A stretch of DNA of 53,104 nt, filler included, from Catajapyx aquilonaris (lineage: Eukaryota), in assembly GCA_000934665.2 (NCBI GenBank). It is 3 parts of 3 records of this genome, joined end to end, with 100 filler letters (N's around TTAATTAATTAA, not from the genome) between each part and the next. Parts side by side here need not be neighbours in the genome. Positions count along the whole stretch, not along the records: positions 17,696 to 35,312 come from JYFJ02006905.1; positions 35,413 to 53,104 come from JYFJ02006906.1; 1 more part is not named here. One strand, written 5' to 3'. The notes under the pieces are model-generated. The model was given only the letters and a program-made list of their open reading frames with translations. It had not been told where the DNA came from and did no database searches. Of the stretch, positions 33,796-48,559 are shown piece by piece (position 1 is the stretch's first letter; each line of letters starts with the position of its first letter). The translations under genes and the position numbers were made by a program.

Positions 33796-33951
33796 CCCTG
33801 TAATGCCCCTTGGGTCATATCTGGCACACCATTTAGTGCAATTTGGCACACTTACAGAAAATATAAAAATTGCAAAAGTTGCAAAAATTGCACTAAATGG
33901 TGTGCCAGATATGACCCAGTGAGCATTACTTAGATTAGTGGCATTACAGGG
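33796..33951. mobile_element. piggyBac-type MITE
   Basis: TTAA-CCCTGTAATGCC...GGCATTACAGGG-TTAA with an internal palindrome. Confidence 0.8.
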
Positions 33952-35312
33952 TTAAACAAACTCCGGTGAAGCTTTTTTTTTTTTTTTTTTCAAGAATTGT
34001 CAGATCTATCATGAAGGGAGAGCGGAGAGAAATCCCATCTCAAAATCCCGCTCAAATGACAGCGGTGGGAACGGGATTTTATTCGAAACAGCTTTCAGAT
34101 GGCGACACGAGCAGTGTTGCCAACCTGCACGGTTTTTGTGGGGCATACGGTAATTTACTCCTTTGTACGGTATACGGTAAAATCGCTTTTGTCTACTCAA
34201 AAAAATAAAAATAAAAAAGTAATAAAAAATACCCGACGTGTTTACAGTATAGGCGGATTCCACTGTATTCTGTCAGATACATTCACCTAAGCTTGTGCGA
34301 CATTGAACAAAAAAAAAAACATTCATCTGCGGCGGGCTTTTCCCTCCTTTGCTCGTTTTACCTTTTGCAGCGGGTTGCACATGCATTTTGTGCGGTTCTG
34401 AAAATTTATTCATTAGACATATTCATTGCATATTCACGTGTATGTCATATTTTTCCCTTTTAAAATGTACGGTAATTTTAGACGAAATACGGTAATTTTG
34501 ACTCTAGTGGTGCGGCAGCTGATAAGGATCAGGTTGGCAACAATGGACACGAGACCTGTGCAAAAACAGAAGCATGGCGTCTTTGTCAGCGGAGTGTACC
34601 TTTTTTGGGCAGGTTAGTGAGTTTCGGACCGGTCTGGCCCCTGAGTGATAGTTCAACCGACTAAGCAGGACACCACGAGACTCCCTCACTTCATCGGAGT
34701 CCCCAAATTCGTCTCAGATCTGGCCAGTACAAGGCATGGCTGCTTCCAGCATGAATGTTTTCCTGGAGAATTCATCAATGTTGGCTTCTTCTGGAGGAAC
34801 TTTTCATAGCGTCGGGACACACTGGAAGAGAGTAAGACCCAGACAGTCACGACCAGGCTGGAATAATGGAGGAGAAGGGACTGCAGCAGTGCAAGGTGAG
34901 TCCGAAATGAGACCCTAATGAGACCATAAGTTGCATGGCCATAGGCTAAGTAAGTCCAGAACAATGATTTATTTACACAACCATTTGCTGAGCTAATGGC
35001 TCCTTCAGAGAACTCTGCCCAGAACAGTGTTGAATGAGTTAGTTTACATATGTCCACCACTTACAAGGGAATGATCCGCACCAACATGTCACCGATCGGA
35101 CCCAAAATTACAGGGCTGGTCAATTGTAGTCCAGGTATGAATATGTGAAAGTGACAACCGTCACTACTCAAGCATTGTCGAGTAATTAGCAATTACAAGT
35201 AGCCCCGTAACCAAAGCGACGGGGATAATTGGCGAATTGGAACGTAATAAACAAGTCTAGGTCGAGTGGCCCTACTGGCCCAGTTGGTAACGCTGCTGTT
35301 TACAGATAAAAG

Positions 35313-35412
35313 NNNNNNNNNNNNNNNNNNNNNNNNNNNNNNNNNNNNNNNNNNNNTTAATTAATTAANNNNNNNNNNNNNNNNNNNNNNNNNNNNNNNN
35401 NNNNNNNNNNNN
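35313..35412. other. Artificial contig spacer
   Basis: 100-bp N run containing TTAATTAATTAA. Confidence 0.97.
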
Positions 35413-36058
35413 GATAATCTTAATGGAAACTTTTTATCACATCCTGTGTATAACCCCACCACTCCATTTTTTGGGGGTGTCCCAATATTTTCAGATCAGA
35501 GCAAGTATATGCCAAGCCAGTCATCATTTTTGCAAAACTTTGTATCCTTATGGCTGTTGCCCATTTTTCATCAAACAAAATAGCAGTTCCTTTCACTTGG
35601 CGACAAGTGAAAAAAATTTTAAATGCTGAGAGACAAAAATATGCCTACATTCTATCTTTCTCTCTTACCCCCTAACCATTATATCAAAGGATCTGTTCAA
35701 GGTTATCCTGAGTAGCCCCGCAACCCAAACGACAAAAATTAGGCTTATCTTGTAGTATCTATGCACTTAGATTTATGCTAAAGCCCTCTTGTGTTCGCCA
35801 CTGTATCTTTGATGTGGTAGGTGTTGCTATAGCTAGCGACCATAGCAGTATTCAAAAAATGTTGCCACACGGTGAATTTATCATGTCTGATCAAGTCTTT
35901 GTAACATTGCCAATAAATGTTGCATGAATTGGAACAGACATAGCTCACTTTGACCTGACCACCCACTTTCTGACCATCATGTGTAGATCAAATGTGTCAC
36001 TTGGACACAGTCTCATCTTGTAGATAAGTGACTATGATGTAAGTAGACTATGATGTAA

Positions 36059-36101
<43 letters not shown>

Positions 36102-36707
36102 TTCCCAAAAAGAGGGGTGCCAGCGAATAACGGAGGAAGCAGCGAGGAAGAGCTCCTTGTTACCTCACATGACCAAATACAAAAAATTCTGGAGCACTGG
36201 TCAGGTGCTCGAAAAAGTGTTCAAAAGTAGGGTCTAATAAGACAGATATCCTGTTAATACTCGAGGAATGTTACAGGATAGTGCTGTGTATGAGAGTATA
36301 AATGATGAATATGCAAATGTATGCGTCAATGAGGCAACAAATCTTTCTTTAACTTATGACTGTCATGTATATTTATTTATTTATTTTTTATTTGCTACCA
36401 CGTGCTAGAGCCATTGGCTCTCTTAGGGGGTGGGACACCACCATATTAATATTTTTCTGTATTATTTTCATTTTTTTTCTTCGAACACCAGTGCAGGGAA
36501 TTAAGGACATGGGTAAGGATATAGGGATTTTTGGGGAGGGAACACGTGTGCAGGTGCGTTGTTTATGACTGTCATGTATAACATTGTACCGCAAACCTAA
36601 ATAGAACTTTAAAAATATGAAAATGTGTAATTAGTTAATAAAGTTTATTAATTCATTCGGAAATGTATAACATTATTTACCAACATGTAGAACCTGAAAG
36701 TAGTGTA

Positions 36708-37077
36708 CAGTGCCGGACATATTAGCAGTCCCGAAATGTTTATTTTTCGGCATAGGCGGCGCTGGCAGCGTTACCTGGCAACTAAGTAAACATTCAGGGA
36801 CTGCTAATCAGGGTCACCTACATGAGTCCCTCCCCCACCTAGACAGGGTAGCCTATTGTCTCTCCGCCATATTGGAGCTAATTCACATAGGAGCTACATG
36901 CAGTGAAAAAAAACAATTGAAAAAACAAAAACGAATCGCTTGCCAATTCCCTATCCTGCAGCATGGGGCGGCCATATTGGAGCTAGATTGCATAAGGACT
37001 ACGTGAAGACAATACCCTGGTTAGGGTGGGGGAGGCAACCATGTAGGGGACCCTGCTGCTAATATGTCCAGAACTGT
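36708..37077. mobile_element. TA-flanked MITE
   Basis: TA-CAGTGCCGGACATATTAGCAG...CTGCTAATATGTCCAGAACTG-TA plus subterminal inverted repeats. Confidence 0.7.
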
Positions 37078-38824
37078 ACTGTATACAGGACATTCCAACT
37101 GATCTTTCATTCCTAGTAAATCAGCATGTCCAAGAAAATATAATGGATGATTGCATCTGCTACGCTTTATTTTTTTTCATTCCTGAATCATGACACGACA
37201 GGAAAAAAAATTGAGTGATATTTTATAACATTGAAAAGGGTGTCACATGATTGTCAGAATAAAAATCGATGTCTAGGCCATGACGCCATTTACTTTCGCT
37301 TCCTGAGCTGAAATTGAACCATCTCGCTGAAAAATCCCTTAAAATATGCATAGATATCACCCCTAGATCCAGGAGGAAGAATACCTTTTTTAAAAATTCA
37401 TACTATTCCAACATTGTCCTCATATAAACACGACAACATATGTCATCAGAATAAGACACGATATTTCCACTGTCATACTTTGTGTTCCCCTCAGCCCCTA
37501 GCTCCAACAATGAGTGTAATGTTGCGCACTTAATAACAACCCATAGTTGCAGCGCCTCGGGCGGCAAAACGCGACGGACTTTCCTCCCAATAGTCGGCAT
37601 AATTATGCGGGTTGATGGTGGCAATTTCCGCATCGTCGCTCGTGAAACAAACAACTCTCTAAACTACAGTAATTGGTTTCGGCGGACTTTCTCTCCACCG
37701 TGTACAAAGTAGACCAATAAAGTGGTCAGATTTTGTTCGCAGGCCACCCTCACACTTGAATGCACTGTGTTGTCCAACCTTTTAGCTAATAACTATACGA
37801 CTGAAGCGCATTGCGGAGACTCGGGCGCGTGTCATTCGCCTCTAGCGCCATCTATATTCCAGACTGCGGCTCCATCAAAGACTAACCCCTCCCCGCCCCC
37901 AACCTTACCTTTTCCTGCCTTCTCGTCAGGCATCGGCTCAAAGTGAATAATAAAGGGTGGCATGGAGGGGGGTTGAAGGGGTGGGAGAATGTTATGCCAC
38001 CTCTTTGTTTACTTGTTCAGGAAATGAGGCCCTCTGTCGTTCATCGGTGTCTTTGCCAAAATTTGAAACGAGTTACCAGTCCCCTTTAGCTGATGGTTTA
38101 AGTTGGTAACTATGCCAACGAGGATGGGTATTCTGGAAGTATATTCTGAAGTGTCCTAAGTACAATAAAATTGAGGAGTCTACTAGGGATTTTAGAGGTT
38201 CAAAGTCTGCAGAAGTTTCCGGCGTCCCTTGCCCGCCTGTAGAGAGAGTGATGCGGATTTCCCCTTTGCGATTGGTAAACACTTCTAGGCGACCCCAACG
38301 GATGCCACCAGGCCTCTATCTCCTGTTGGTCAAGTCCCCTATTGTAAATAAAAATGTCAAAGTCTGACCGACTAGGACCCACCTTCATGGGCAGGAACTA
38401 TATTGAACCTTCGAGAGTTTTTTTTTTCCTCGCCGTTCACAAAAGTAGTTTTTCAATATCCGTTCTCTGAGTAGTATAAAAAACGTGGGATTGAATAATG
38501 AGAATTTGTAAAAAAAATTTAATCGAATCGAATTTAATATGCGCGTATGGATGATTCCACATTGTCATACCCCACGTGAGATGTTGCCGTGTTGTTCAAC
38601 CACCAATTAGTTTTATCATCATCATAATCATCATAATCATCATAATCATCATCATCATCATCATCATCATCACCATCACGACATTAAGGGGTAGTCAGCG
38701 ATGACGGGAGCCACAAGCTAACCAAAAATATGAACGAAATTAAAACTTGTAAAAATAAGCCTAAAAACAACCCGTCCCGCCCCCCACCCCTGCCCATCTC
38801 AGACGACAAATTCTCAATATTAAA

Positions 38825-38828
<4 letters not shown>

Positions 38829-38896
<68 letters not shown>

Positions 38897-39365
38897 CCCG
38901 TGATATGGCCATTGGCCCTTTTAGGGGGGAAGGGGAGGTTACCAAGGGAGGGCACTCTTAATCGGTTTGTAGTCATTTCTGACCCTCTTAAATACCAGAC
39001 CTTTTCTCTTGGCCCTGGGCAGAGAAGGGAGTGCAATTCTCGGATGCACGGGAAAAAGTGCCCCCCCCCCCCAANATAAAATAATAATAACATAAAAAAA
39101 TCCTTACTCTCTTTTTCCCCCGAATCCGAGTCTTATCAATGTGGTGGATTATTTGAATTCTCGGATTCGGGGGAAAAAGCGCAGAAGTCAAAAATTATTT
39201 TTTGACTTATGGTATTTTTCCCGCGCATCAGAGAATTCTTCCTGGACATGTCGGGTGAAAAGCGGAAAAAGACCAGACCAAGCGAAGATGACGGGGACGG
39301 GATTTGAACCCAGGACCTCCCGCCTGGCTGGCCAGTAGCATAGCCACTAGACCACTATGCCCCCC
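38829..39365 (-). mobile_element. tRNA-derived SINE with an (AAT)n tail, interrupted by a MITE (~39035-39238)
   Basis: Homologous to the uninterrupted copy at 47947-48253; the insert has AATTCTCGGATGCACGGGAAAAA / TTTTTCCCGCGCATCAGAGAATT ends. Confidence 0.75.
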
Positions 39366-39373
39366 ATTATTAT

Positions 39374-39720
39374 TACTAGGCACCATCTTGCCAAAATCGG
39401 GCAAAAAATAAGGCAAAAGTGCGAAAGTGGAGAGAAAGAGAGACGCGGACCAGGCAGCGACATCCGACGGTGAAGGGCAGAAGTAAGACGGTGAAGTGCA
39501 GAAGTAAGCGAGTCGCCACTCGCCAGCCAGCAGGTGGCGCACGGAACGGCGCGCGGCTGAATTGGGAATTCCGTGGAAGTGCCAGAATCGGTTTTTTTTT
39601 GCGTTTCACGAAGTCCCTGGGCACTTTTTCAAAAAAAACGTTTATTGCACATGTAGAAAACGGGAGATAAATTCAGAGACCACTCCCAGTGATGTAGGCC
39701 CTACGCTACGGTGCGGGAGA
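39374..39720. repeat. Interspersed repeat with a terminal stem-loop (second copy ~44275-44612), possibly Helentron-associated
   Basis: Both copies share AGCGACATCCGACGGT, AATTGGGAATTCCGT and CCACTCCCAGTG.TGTAGGCCCTACG..GGTGCGGGAG. Confidence 0.55.
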
Positions 39721-39734
39721 ATTTTCCATGACAG

Positions 39735-39794
<60 letters not shown>

Positions 39795-42070
39795 AACACT
39801 ATGCGTTTAAAGGTATCATGATAACATTACTTAGCAAGAGTTTATTCCTGATTCTGTAACCAGGCCATACAGTAGTCTACAGATTGCAGAGTCAGGCTTT
39901 CAAACTGTGTAGGAGTTACTTCCATCTTCATCAAGGTAACGTTCCTAGGAAACCTTAGCCACCAGTGGTAAACATCGTCCTACAGCTCCAGAAAGTTACA
40001 GCACACGCTTTAGAAAACCACTGGGACTTAAGCCCGTTTACACAATAGGCCTACATGAATGTGCAAAGTTATCCACAAACGTTGCTATATGACCCAACGA
40101 TGTCCCTCTTTTGATCTCGCGGATGGCTGTAGCAATAGAGCAGGTACAGTACAAAGACATACGCACACTGATGGAAAGGTCGGATCAATAGTACGGCCAT
40201 CAAAAGAGTGGCAAAAGAGGGCATGCAGTCTATCGGTTGCACTTGACAGACTTTTACCCTTGATTATTCTGACTACATTTCGTTTTGTACGTACTGTATA
40301 TATTTCATATAAATATCTCAACCCTTCCGTTACTGTTTTATACGATGCGTAATTTTACATCAATAATAATTTATTTCATACTTAGTACCTATATACGACG
40401 TGCCATTCACCCTGTATTGAATTTACAAATACAGAGCGCAAGGAAAGGTTTACGCGAATATTATGTCCCTCTTCTTCCGGTTGGCAGGCAAAAGATGGAG
40501 ATAATGAAATTCTGGTCCGCTCAGTGTATGATGCGATTTTTGGCCGGATAGGTGCAGACTTTATGGCTGAAAAGACGAGCTCTTTTTCCCTCAACGATGC
40601 AAAGCACAGCAAGTTCTACATGAAATTATAGCTGGTGACATCCAAACGTTTCACAGGGTGTCAAAATATTAAGAGGCATGTGACTATTGTGTTTAGAACA
40701 GTAATTGCTTGCTTGGTAACATTTGTTTTATTTATTTTTATTATTTTACTTATTCATTTATACCTCCCGCCTTTAGCAACTTTGTGGCGTGGAAGAGGGA
40801 ATACAGTACCACATGAAGTCACATGGATTTTACTGAAATGGTGATTCATAGTTTGGATCGACTTATGATAGGATCGAAAGATTAGTCATAATATACTATA
40901 CACAAGCCGCTAATTATGGTTCCCCCCTTCATGTATTTCCTCTGTAAATTGAACCTGCAGTTGGCAGTAGATAGGTTGTAGATCATGACGGTACACGCCT
41001 ATGCGAAATATTCAATGCTATATAGGAGTATAGGGCGAATATCATGCGGGAGTGACAACCTCGGTTACGACCGTTGGATTCAACATGGCAGACAAAATTA
41101 GGTCAAACTTACGCAAATAGAGATGGGCTTCAGCAGTCGGGCTGCCGTAGTAATAGCCAGAGGTTCCCACTACTGTAAACTATACTTGCGAGAAATATTT
41201 ACTTTTATATACACTAACAGTAAGATTAATCGCGGGTGTAGTTATCACTACTGTTTCCATCCAAGGTCGATCCAAACTACTAGTGAATGTGCGTTGCCTC
41301 ATGCTATAATAAAGCTCGACCTTCAATCCTGCCTGAAACATCTCAGAACAATGGACCCTCACGATAAGACTCAAGTCCTTGACATATGTTACACTCATCC
41401 TCAAATTACTCCACGTGTCTGCAATTAGCGTAACGAGAGTTAACCTGAAGAAACATGCCCAAACTGAAGCTCGGACCAGACTCGATCAGGTCCACTTGAC
41501 ACAGCACAAATGAGCAAAAAAATGCAAATTCTGAAGCCACGTTGAAATGGATATACCAACCGCATGCTCGAACACAGTGCTCAATATTAAATCATGGCAG
41601 TCGCGGCACATGTTAATTAGGCTACTTGCAGGGGCCACTGAAATGTCACCAGATAAAAAAGTCCGGATTTTATTTGGAAAGCCATATGGGTGATTTTGTA
41701 TGAGTGATACAGGAGAGGGTATGACTCGACTAATTGCAACACCTGATGATGTAGCAATTATGGCTTTTTTTTCTGTGTCATGATTTTTCCCTATATCCGC
41801 TTTCACTGTGGGTAAGCGACCCTGGGCGATCTTTCCGCGCGGCCGCGCTAGTGGTTCCATTGTGCCAAATTATGGGCTTCAATATTCAGTTGCCGTAATT
41901 TCCCATCTCCGTTACCTTTCCGGGCGTGATGTCGATTACGTGCAGTGTATAGGTCTAGTGTCAAAAAACTGATTCCAACTCCACGTCACGTTCTAAGACC
42001 GTGTAGCCCCAAATTAACCAAAGTTTGGAAACATCGTCATTACTGTTAGCAGACAAGTTCCTCTAGAAGG

Positions 42071-42110
<40 letters not shown>

Positions 42111-45100
42111 CATGTGCTTGTTTTTTGGGCCAATATTTTTCAACGCAAGTATGGACTGGACAGCACACACAAGCATGTGATGTGCATACCATACGTGTCA
42201 TCGATTATTACATGGGAAGCGGATCATTTAATTGCCCTTAGCGTGAGTTTTCATAGCCAAAGAGCAAACAACGCTATTAGATAACGCATAACCTCAAACC
42301 CATTGTACAATAGACAAAATACACTCCAATTTTTAAAGCTGAACAAACCACAATAATGTTTTATTTTTGGTTGAACTAAACGAACATTTTGGTTGTACTG
42401 ATTAAATAGTTGGTTACTTGTTTCAGTGTAGGAAAATCATTTCTTGTTAACAATGCATGTAGGCCGTATATTTTTTTTCAAATGAGCATCATCTGCGTCA
42501 GGCATGCAATCATGCTCCTTTTTAACATCAGTACGTAGGTAGTAAATGAACAAAGCGAAAATTATCATAAGAGATTTGGTTTCACCCGTGGCTGCACTTC
42601 CGTTCAGAACACAGTCGTGACTTTCTTCGCCAGAGCAGTTCCGCCAAAATTTCTATGGAAATGAGCCGCGTCTTTTTAATACGGACGAAATGGAAGCAAG
42701 GAAACGGGTCTGAAACTCCTTCACAAAGAAAATGAACTTGCGCAAAAAATAATAATACGGACCTGCCTAAACTATATTCATGTATAATAAAGATGGCGAT
42801 GATGATGGGCTGTAACATGATTCCATCCCGGACCAGCCCTGGGTATAAAGGTCGTCTGGTTGTTGCAACAGGATGATTGTCATACCATACTAGCCACCAG
42901 ATGATACGGACATTATGTAAATAAAAACCAATCGCACTGTTGTCTTTGCAGGCGTGCAAGGGCGGAAAAGCTCATTTGACACCACTAGATATATTATTGT
43001 GGGGGGTCAGAGTATTACGCTTTTGAAGTTGTGTTGTTGCTAACTGGTTGGTACACGCAGACATTTTTATTGTGCGGTAGCTAAGAAAGGTTCATTTCGG
43101 TTCATTAGCAGGTGTTCAGCAGGTTCATTAGGGGTGTATCAGGATTAATTCCAAAAAATGGAAACCGACAGGGTTTGATACTGATTCAGACACTATTCTG
43201 GTTCTATATTTATCTTGTAGGAGCAATAAGCCTGAAAGGATAGTCACCTCATTTCTGAACCCTATGTTTTCTTTCCAGATTGAGAATAAGCCAACGTATG
43301 GCCGTGGTCGTGAACTCATTGGCGACAGGTTGCACTGTAGAGGGAGGCTACAGTATACTTTTGGCACGAAAAAGAGGTTCATGGCAACATTTTTCTAAAA
43401 CTCTTGAAGGCGGAATGGCGCTGCGGAAACCTACGCTTCCATGGACAGGAAGGTCCAGAGTTCGATCCCAAGCTCTGGTTTTCCCTCCCTTATCTCGTGC
43501 GGAGTTGCGTCACATCTGCCCCGCCTCGAGTGAGACTCATTGAGACTAACCACCCAGGGGAACTCCAAAAATGACCGTATGTCAGACATCATCATCGTTG
43601 ATGTTATATCTCAAACTGTACAGTACACTATTTCTTCCCCATGCTTATTACTTTTATTATTATAATAAATTCTTTAATGTTCACCTAGAAAACATGCAGC
43701 AGGTTATTCCGTATCATCCATCTAGGGGCGAATTAATTAAACAGTAAAACCGAGACGAATTAGAACTTCAGATTTTATATGGCTATTAAAAGGCGATCCA
43801 AGAACACCAATAACGTATTAGTATCACTTTAACTTTAAGTACAACAGCAAGCTTTTCCCGACAGCAGGCCTGTACTGTAATTTCTCCCAAGGCGGTTCTG
43901 TGCATGCCAATAATAGGTCTACTGTAAAGCCCAAGTTGTACAGTAAACTCAGTCGCGGCAATGTGTACAAAACCATCAAAGCGATTCCTAATAATTCGCG
44001 ATAAAATATTAAATTTGTAAGGCTTTAATATCCCGATACAGAGTAACACTTTGTTTTGCATGGTGTTTCATAATAATGCAGGCAAACTTCCAGGGTGAAC
44101 TCGTGGGCACCAGAGGATTACTTAATATTGAGGTGTAATTTGATCTCCACAGACTCGTTAGTCGTTACTGAGGTAAAAAGTAAGGTAGGGGCTATAAAAT
44201 ATCTGGAAAATATGCTTCCTTTCAGGATACCCTAACTTTTTTGCTGTGATCTAATTAAAAATCTAAACATAGTGACCTCGTTGCCAAAATTTGGCAAAAG
44301 CCATGATGAGTATGGCAGTGACAATTAAATAATTGAATGAGATGGCCTGCCGATGTACCATGTAGCGACATCCGACGGTAAAGTGCAGAAGTAAGCGAGT
44401 CGCAACCACGGTCGCAACCAAGCAGGTGGCACCCTGAACGGCGGAATTGGGAATTCCGTAGAAGTATCGCCGTCGAAAATTCCGTATTTTTTTTACGTTT
44501 TACAAAGTCCCTCGGCACTGTTTCCAACAATCAAAAGTGGTTTGCAAATGTGGAAAACTCGGGCAAAATGTTGACACCACTCCCAGTGCTGTAGGCCCTA
44601 CGGTGCGGGAGGAGTTATGGGAATAGTCGGGTATTAATAATCTAGATGTAGACTAACCATACCATGAAATTTAGCATAAAATTTGTAATGTACAGTATAA
44701 CTTGTACTTTACCAGAGACACTACAGAATCATTATGGGACACCCTATATACACTCAAGAGGCCTAAAAATGCTTTCCAACAGTTTCCCACGAAAGCGTGA
44801 CCTGTTACACAACAGTTACGCTAGAATTCCCCGCAGCTTAAAACAACAGGTCAAAATCTCGGTCAGCCACCTGCTGCCTGGAAGCAATTTGGAGTTCATT
44901 CAATGCCACCAACACATGTTCCGTGGAAATTTCCCCGGACATTTCCTTCCCTAGTTGCCCAAAAGTCCTGAGGGAGGTCACTAGGCCCGAGTGGGGTCAG
45001 GTTTCACTTCCAGCACTTTGCAACCAGAATGTTACATAAGTGATGAGGGGATGACACAGGACATTAGTGCAAACGGGACTGGTTTTAACGACAATTTTAA

Positions 45101-46878
45101 CTGGCCAACCAGTTGTCGAGTCCACCAGAGACTCCCCCAAACATTCTCGAATCAACGGGTTAAATACTCTTCCTCTGTGATACTATTAGTAAGGCCGTCA
45201 TATTTTGGTCTACAGTAGGGCCTACCAAAGAACGATCTGACGTCCCACCAGCCGTGTTTTCTGAGGATGCGCAGTAGTATGCTTGCAGAGCGATTCGGGG
45301 ATATGATAGGAGGAGCCGGGTGGAGGCGGGGCTGAACGTGACATACAGATCGTTCTTTGGTTTAACGGACTAAAGGTGTTTGTTATTAGCAACATTATAC
45401 GTACCGTTTCTGTCATTACACTATATATTCAGAAAAGTAGAATAAATGTGCTCCCTTAGACTTGATTGTGCCGTGTTATGAGGGTAATGATGACTGATAA
45501 AATGGAAGGCAAAGCGTCCCCGTTCATGAATAACCCGCGTGACGTAGCCGGGCATGGGGATAAAAAGCACGTGGCTATCCCATTAGCTTTTGCTGGGTGC
45601 AGACATAATTCTAGACTCAGAATTAATTTATGACTGTAAATTTTGCAGCGACAGATATGCATCCCAACTTCCGTCTGAACGTCGTAAATCCCATTTTTTA
45701 CGGGAGCAATTTAGGAGAGTTCCAGCCCACCCTCTGTACTTATCCATAATGATAATGACATGAAGCAGGTCCAAAGGTCGCTCATTTCGAGTACCCTGTG
45801 GCTAGACCCTGTTATCACCTTGGGCTCAAAGCATTCCTTAACAATTCACACTTCCTGTCCCGTTTATGTTCCGGCTATTTCATATGCGACGCTTGACGCA
45901 TGTTTGACGACACGCGGAAATCATCGGGTTATGCCCATTAATTTTTTAAACATTTATGGCATAACTATAGTGCGCGGCTTCGTGTTAGAGCCAAAGACGT
46001 TAAGCGTTTCATGGGCGGCAGGAATTAATTAAACGCATTTCGGTCTTGGCATTAATCCATATAGGAAACGTCTTTTGACTCACCCTGTGTTAAACCGAAA
46101 TGGCTCCATATTTTTAAAGCCAAATGTTTGCATGTTAATCAATACTTCAGGCGCTTAAAAATACACCACCATCTTGATCACTGTCGTCTCTTTTATAACC
46201 TTATCTAAGTCCATAAATACTGTCGCAAAATTTAAAAGCACCTTCCCCCAACTCTATAGCCTTAGGTCAGGCTAGCATGCTACTCCAATTTCTAACTCAC
46301 ATCCGGCCGTCCTGATAGCAACATTTTAAGTCACCTTGTACGATCGCCCACAGCAACAATCACCTCACCAAAAAGTTTCTAACCAACCCAGTGCAAAAGA
46401 AATAGTCCCCGGAAGCAACGGAAACGGATGAACCAAAAATTCTGGCGATGCTATGAATATACTTGGTTGTGTGAAGGCCCTCCAGCTACAAATACGTCAG
46501 TCAAGCTTACATTGCAAAAATTGTTCAAACTTCTCCAATCCGTTTATATCTCCCATTTTTTTGCGGGGGGGGGGAGAAGAAAGTGGCAAGAACGGTGGAT
46601 GGAGAGATGGGAAGATTCCATTTCCGTCATGCCTCTTTGCGACAGCTTGTACAGATTGTGTTCGCCTCCACCACCACCTCCTCTTCTATCCCAAGCACGC
46701 TATTTTTCCCTCCATGTCACTGGCTTAACTTCTAAATTAATGGCCTTTCCAACTTGGAAATTGCGATCCGCCATGGTTGGCTCCTAGGGGGCACCCTAGG
46801 CTAGGATGGAGTCATGTACAACATGGCTGGACTGATCGAGTAATGGCGCCAATCATGCTTTTAAACGTAATAAAGCTA

Positions 46879-47625
46879 CACTGTACTCCCGATTATCCGG
46901 GCTAATGGCTGCAAAGGTGTCGCCGGATAAACTGAAAATAGCCTGACCTAACCTAGAAACCGTAAAAATGAGCTCTTCGGAGGTTTTAAAGGGACACTCC
47001 ACTCAAAATACAAGTTGGCCCCCAAAAATCGGGCAAAAAATCATGATTCCGAATGTGCAATCGGTTTTTTTCTACGCCCAACGGTAACACGGAAAATCAT
47101 ATATATTTACACACGTCGTCCAGCGTCGTCTGCTACGAAGGGCGATTCAACACCATCCCGCGGCAAACCGGAGAAGTATAACGCGCACAGTAAACACCTG
47201 CCGCGCCAGGCGTGCCTGGTCTAGTTCCGCCCGGTTCCACTCTGGTGGCGTCGCCACCTGCGCCCACCTGCCCCGCGGGCGGTTTTCGAACGACACACTT
47301 CCAGCTTTCACACAGGCCTTACCGTTCGTCTCTAAGAAAAACTGCTTATACCCTCGGAATCAGGATTTTTTGCCCGATTTTTAGAACCCAACTTGTATTT
47401 TGAGTGGAGTGTCCCTTTAAATGATCTACTCTATACATAGTGCATGTTGCTAAATAAGATTTGATCAAAATTAGAAAAATTTCCATAGGTTACTTTTTAG
47501 TTTGTCTTCTAGAAAAAAGTATGTTATATTTTCTTAGTTTGTGAGAAAAATTGGCATATTTTCGGACTTTTCTTTGTTTTGGCCATGCACGGATAATTCC
47601 CACCCGGATAATCGCGAGTACAGTG
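46879..47625. mobile_element. MITE containing a nested Kolobok-like element (46990-47416)
   Basis: Outer ends CACTGTACTCCCGATTATCCGG / CCGGATAATCGCGAGTACAGTG; inner TTAA-AGGGACACTCCACTCAAAATACAAGTTGG...CCAACTTGTATTTTGAGTGGAGTGTCCCT-TTAA. Confidence 0.75.
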
Positions 47626-47946
47626 AGTAGTTTTAAAAAATCGGTGTTCCTTACCTTTTTCGGATATAGTAGACCAGAGTCCTACGCCAGATGATTTAAC
47701 GAATTTTAACATAAATTTCACGAATATTAACGTCAATTTCACGTCAAGAAGTGTAACGCCGTTGAGCCTATTTTTTAGCGTGAAATTAACGCTAAAAGTC
47801 ATTAAACCCGTTAAAATAATGTTAAGGATTATCTGGCGTGGGACTCTACTATACTCTACTATATCCGAATAGGTATGGGACTCCGATCTACTATATCCGA
47901 AAATGTATGGGACTCCGATTTTTTAAACTGCTACAGTGTATTTTAT

Positions 47947-48253
47947 TTATTTATTTATTTACTTATTTATTTCTTTATTTATTGTTACCCCGTGATAGAG
48001 CTCGTGGCCCTCGTAGGGGGGGGAAGGGGAAGTTTCCAAGGGAGGGCGCCGTGCGATAGCCATTTCTGACATTCTTTAACACCAGGCCTTTTCTCCTGGC
48101 CCCGAGCAGAGAAGGGAGGGCAATTCTGCTCCGGCATGTCGGGTGAAAAGCGGAAAAAGACCCGGCCAAGCAGAGGTGACCGGAACGGGATTTAAACCCC
48201 GGCCTCCCGCTCGGCTGGCCAGTGGCGTAACCACTGGACCACCATGCAGCCCT
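47947..48253 (-). mobile_element. tRNA-derived SINE
   Basis: TSD CAGTGTATTTTAT at 47934 and 48254; A box TGGTCCAGTGG; (AAAT)n tail. Confidence 0.8.
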
Positions 48254-48302
48254 CAGTGTATTTTATATACAGATATGTGTCGTAGGTACTATAGGGAGTC
48301 TA

Positions 48303-48559
48303 TAGCGCTCTGCGATATTTCGATACATGGACTGTCGATACGATATTGTTCTAATATCGAAGTTGCGATATCAGACGCTTGGCATGTGCGATGTATCTAA
48401 TATCGCGATGTCGGTGTGCGATATTTTTCGATGTCGGTTTGCGATATTTTATGATGTCGGTTCGATGTCGGTTTTTCGATTTTCGATCTATCGACGTCGA
48501 TTTGATATTTTTTGAGTATCGAAAGTCGATATGCAATTTCGGATATCGCACAGCCCTAA
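48303..48559. mobile_element. hAT-like MITE rich in (T)CGAT subterminal repeats
   Basis: TAGCGCTCTGCGATAT...ATATCGCACAGCCCTA. Confidence 0.6.

Noticed and set aside
17596..35412. Physical linkage of the peptide/IR cluster with the coiled-coil gene and contig 3
   Set aside because: They are separated by artificial spacers, so order and distance are unknown.
40050..41900. Decayed transposase or gene in GC-balanced sequence
   Set aside because: Only vague motifs (e.g. LKHLRTMDP) with many stop codons; cannot be supported without a search.
48303..48559. CRISPR-like or coding repeat
   Set aside because: Short irregular CGAT motifs inside a MITE; no repeat-spacer periodicity, and the context is eukaryotic.
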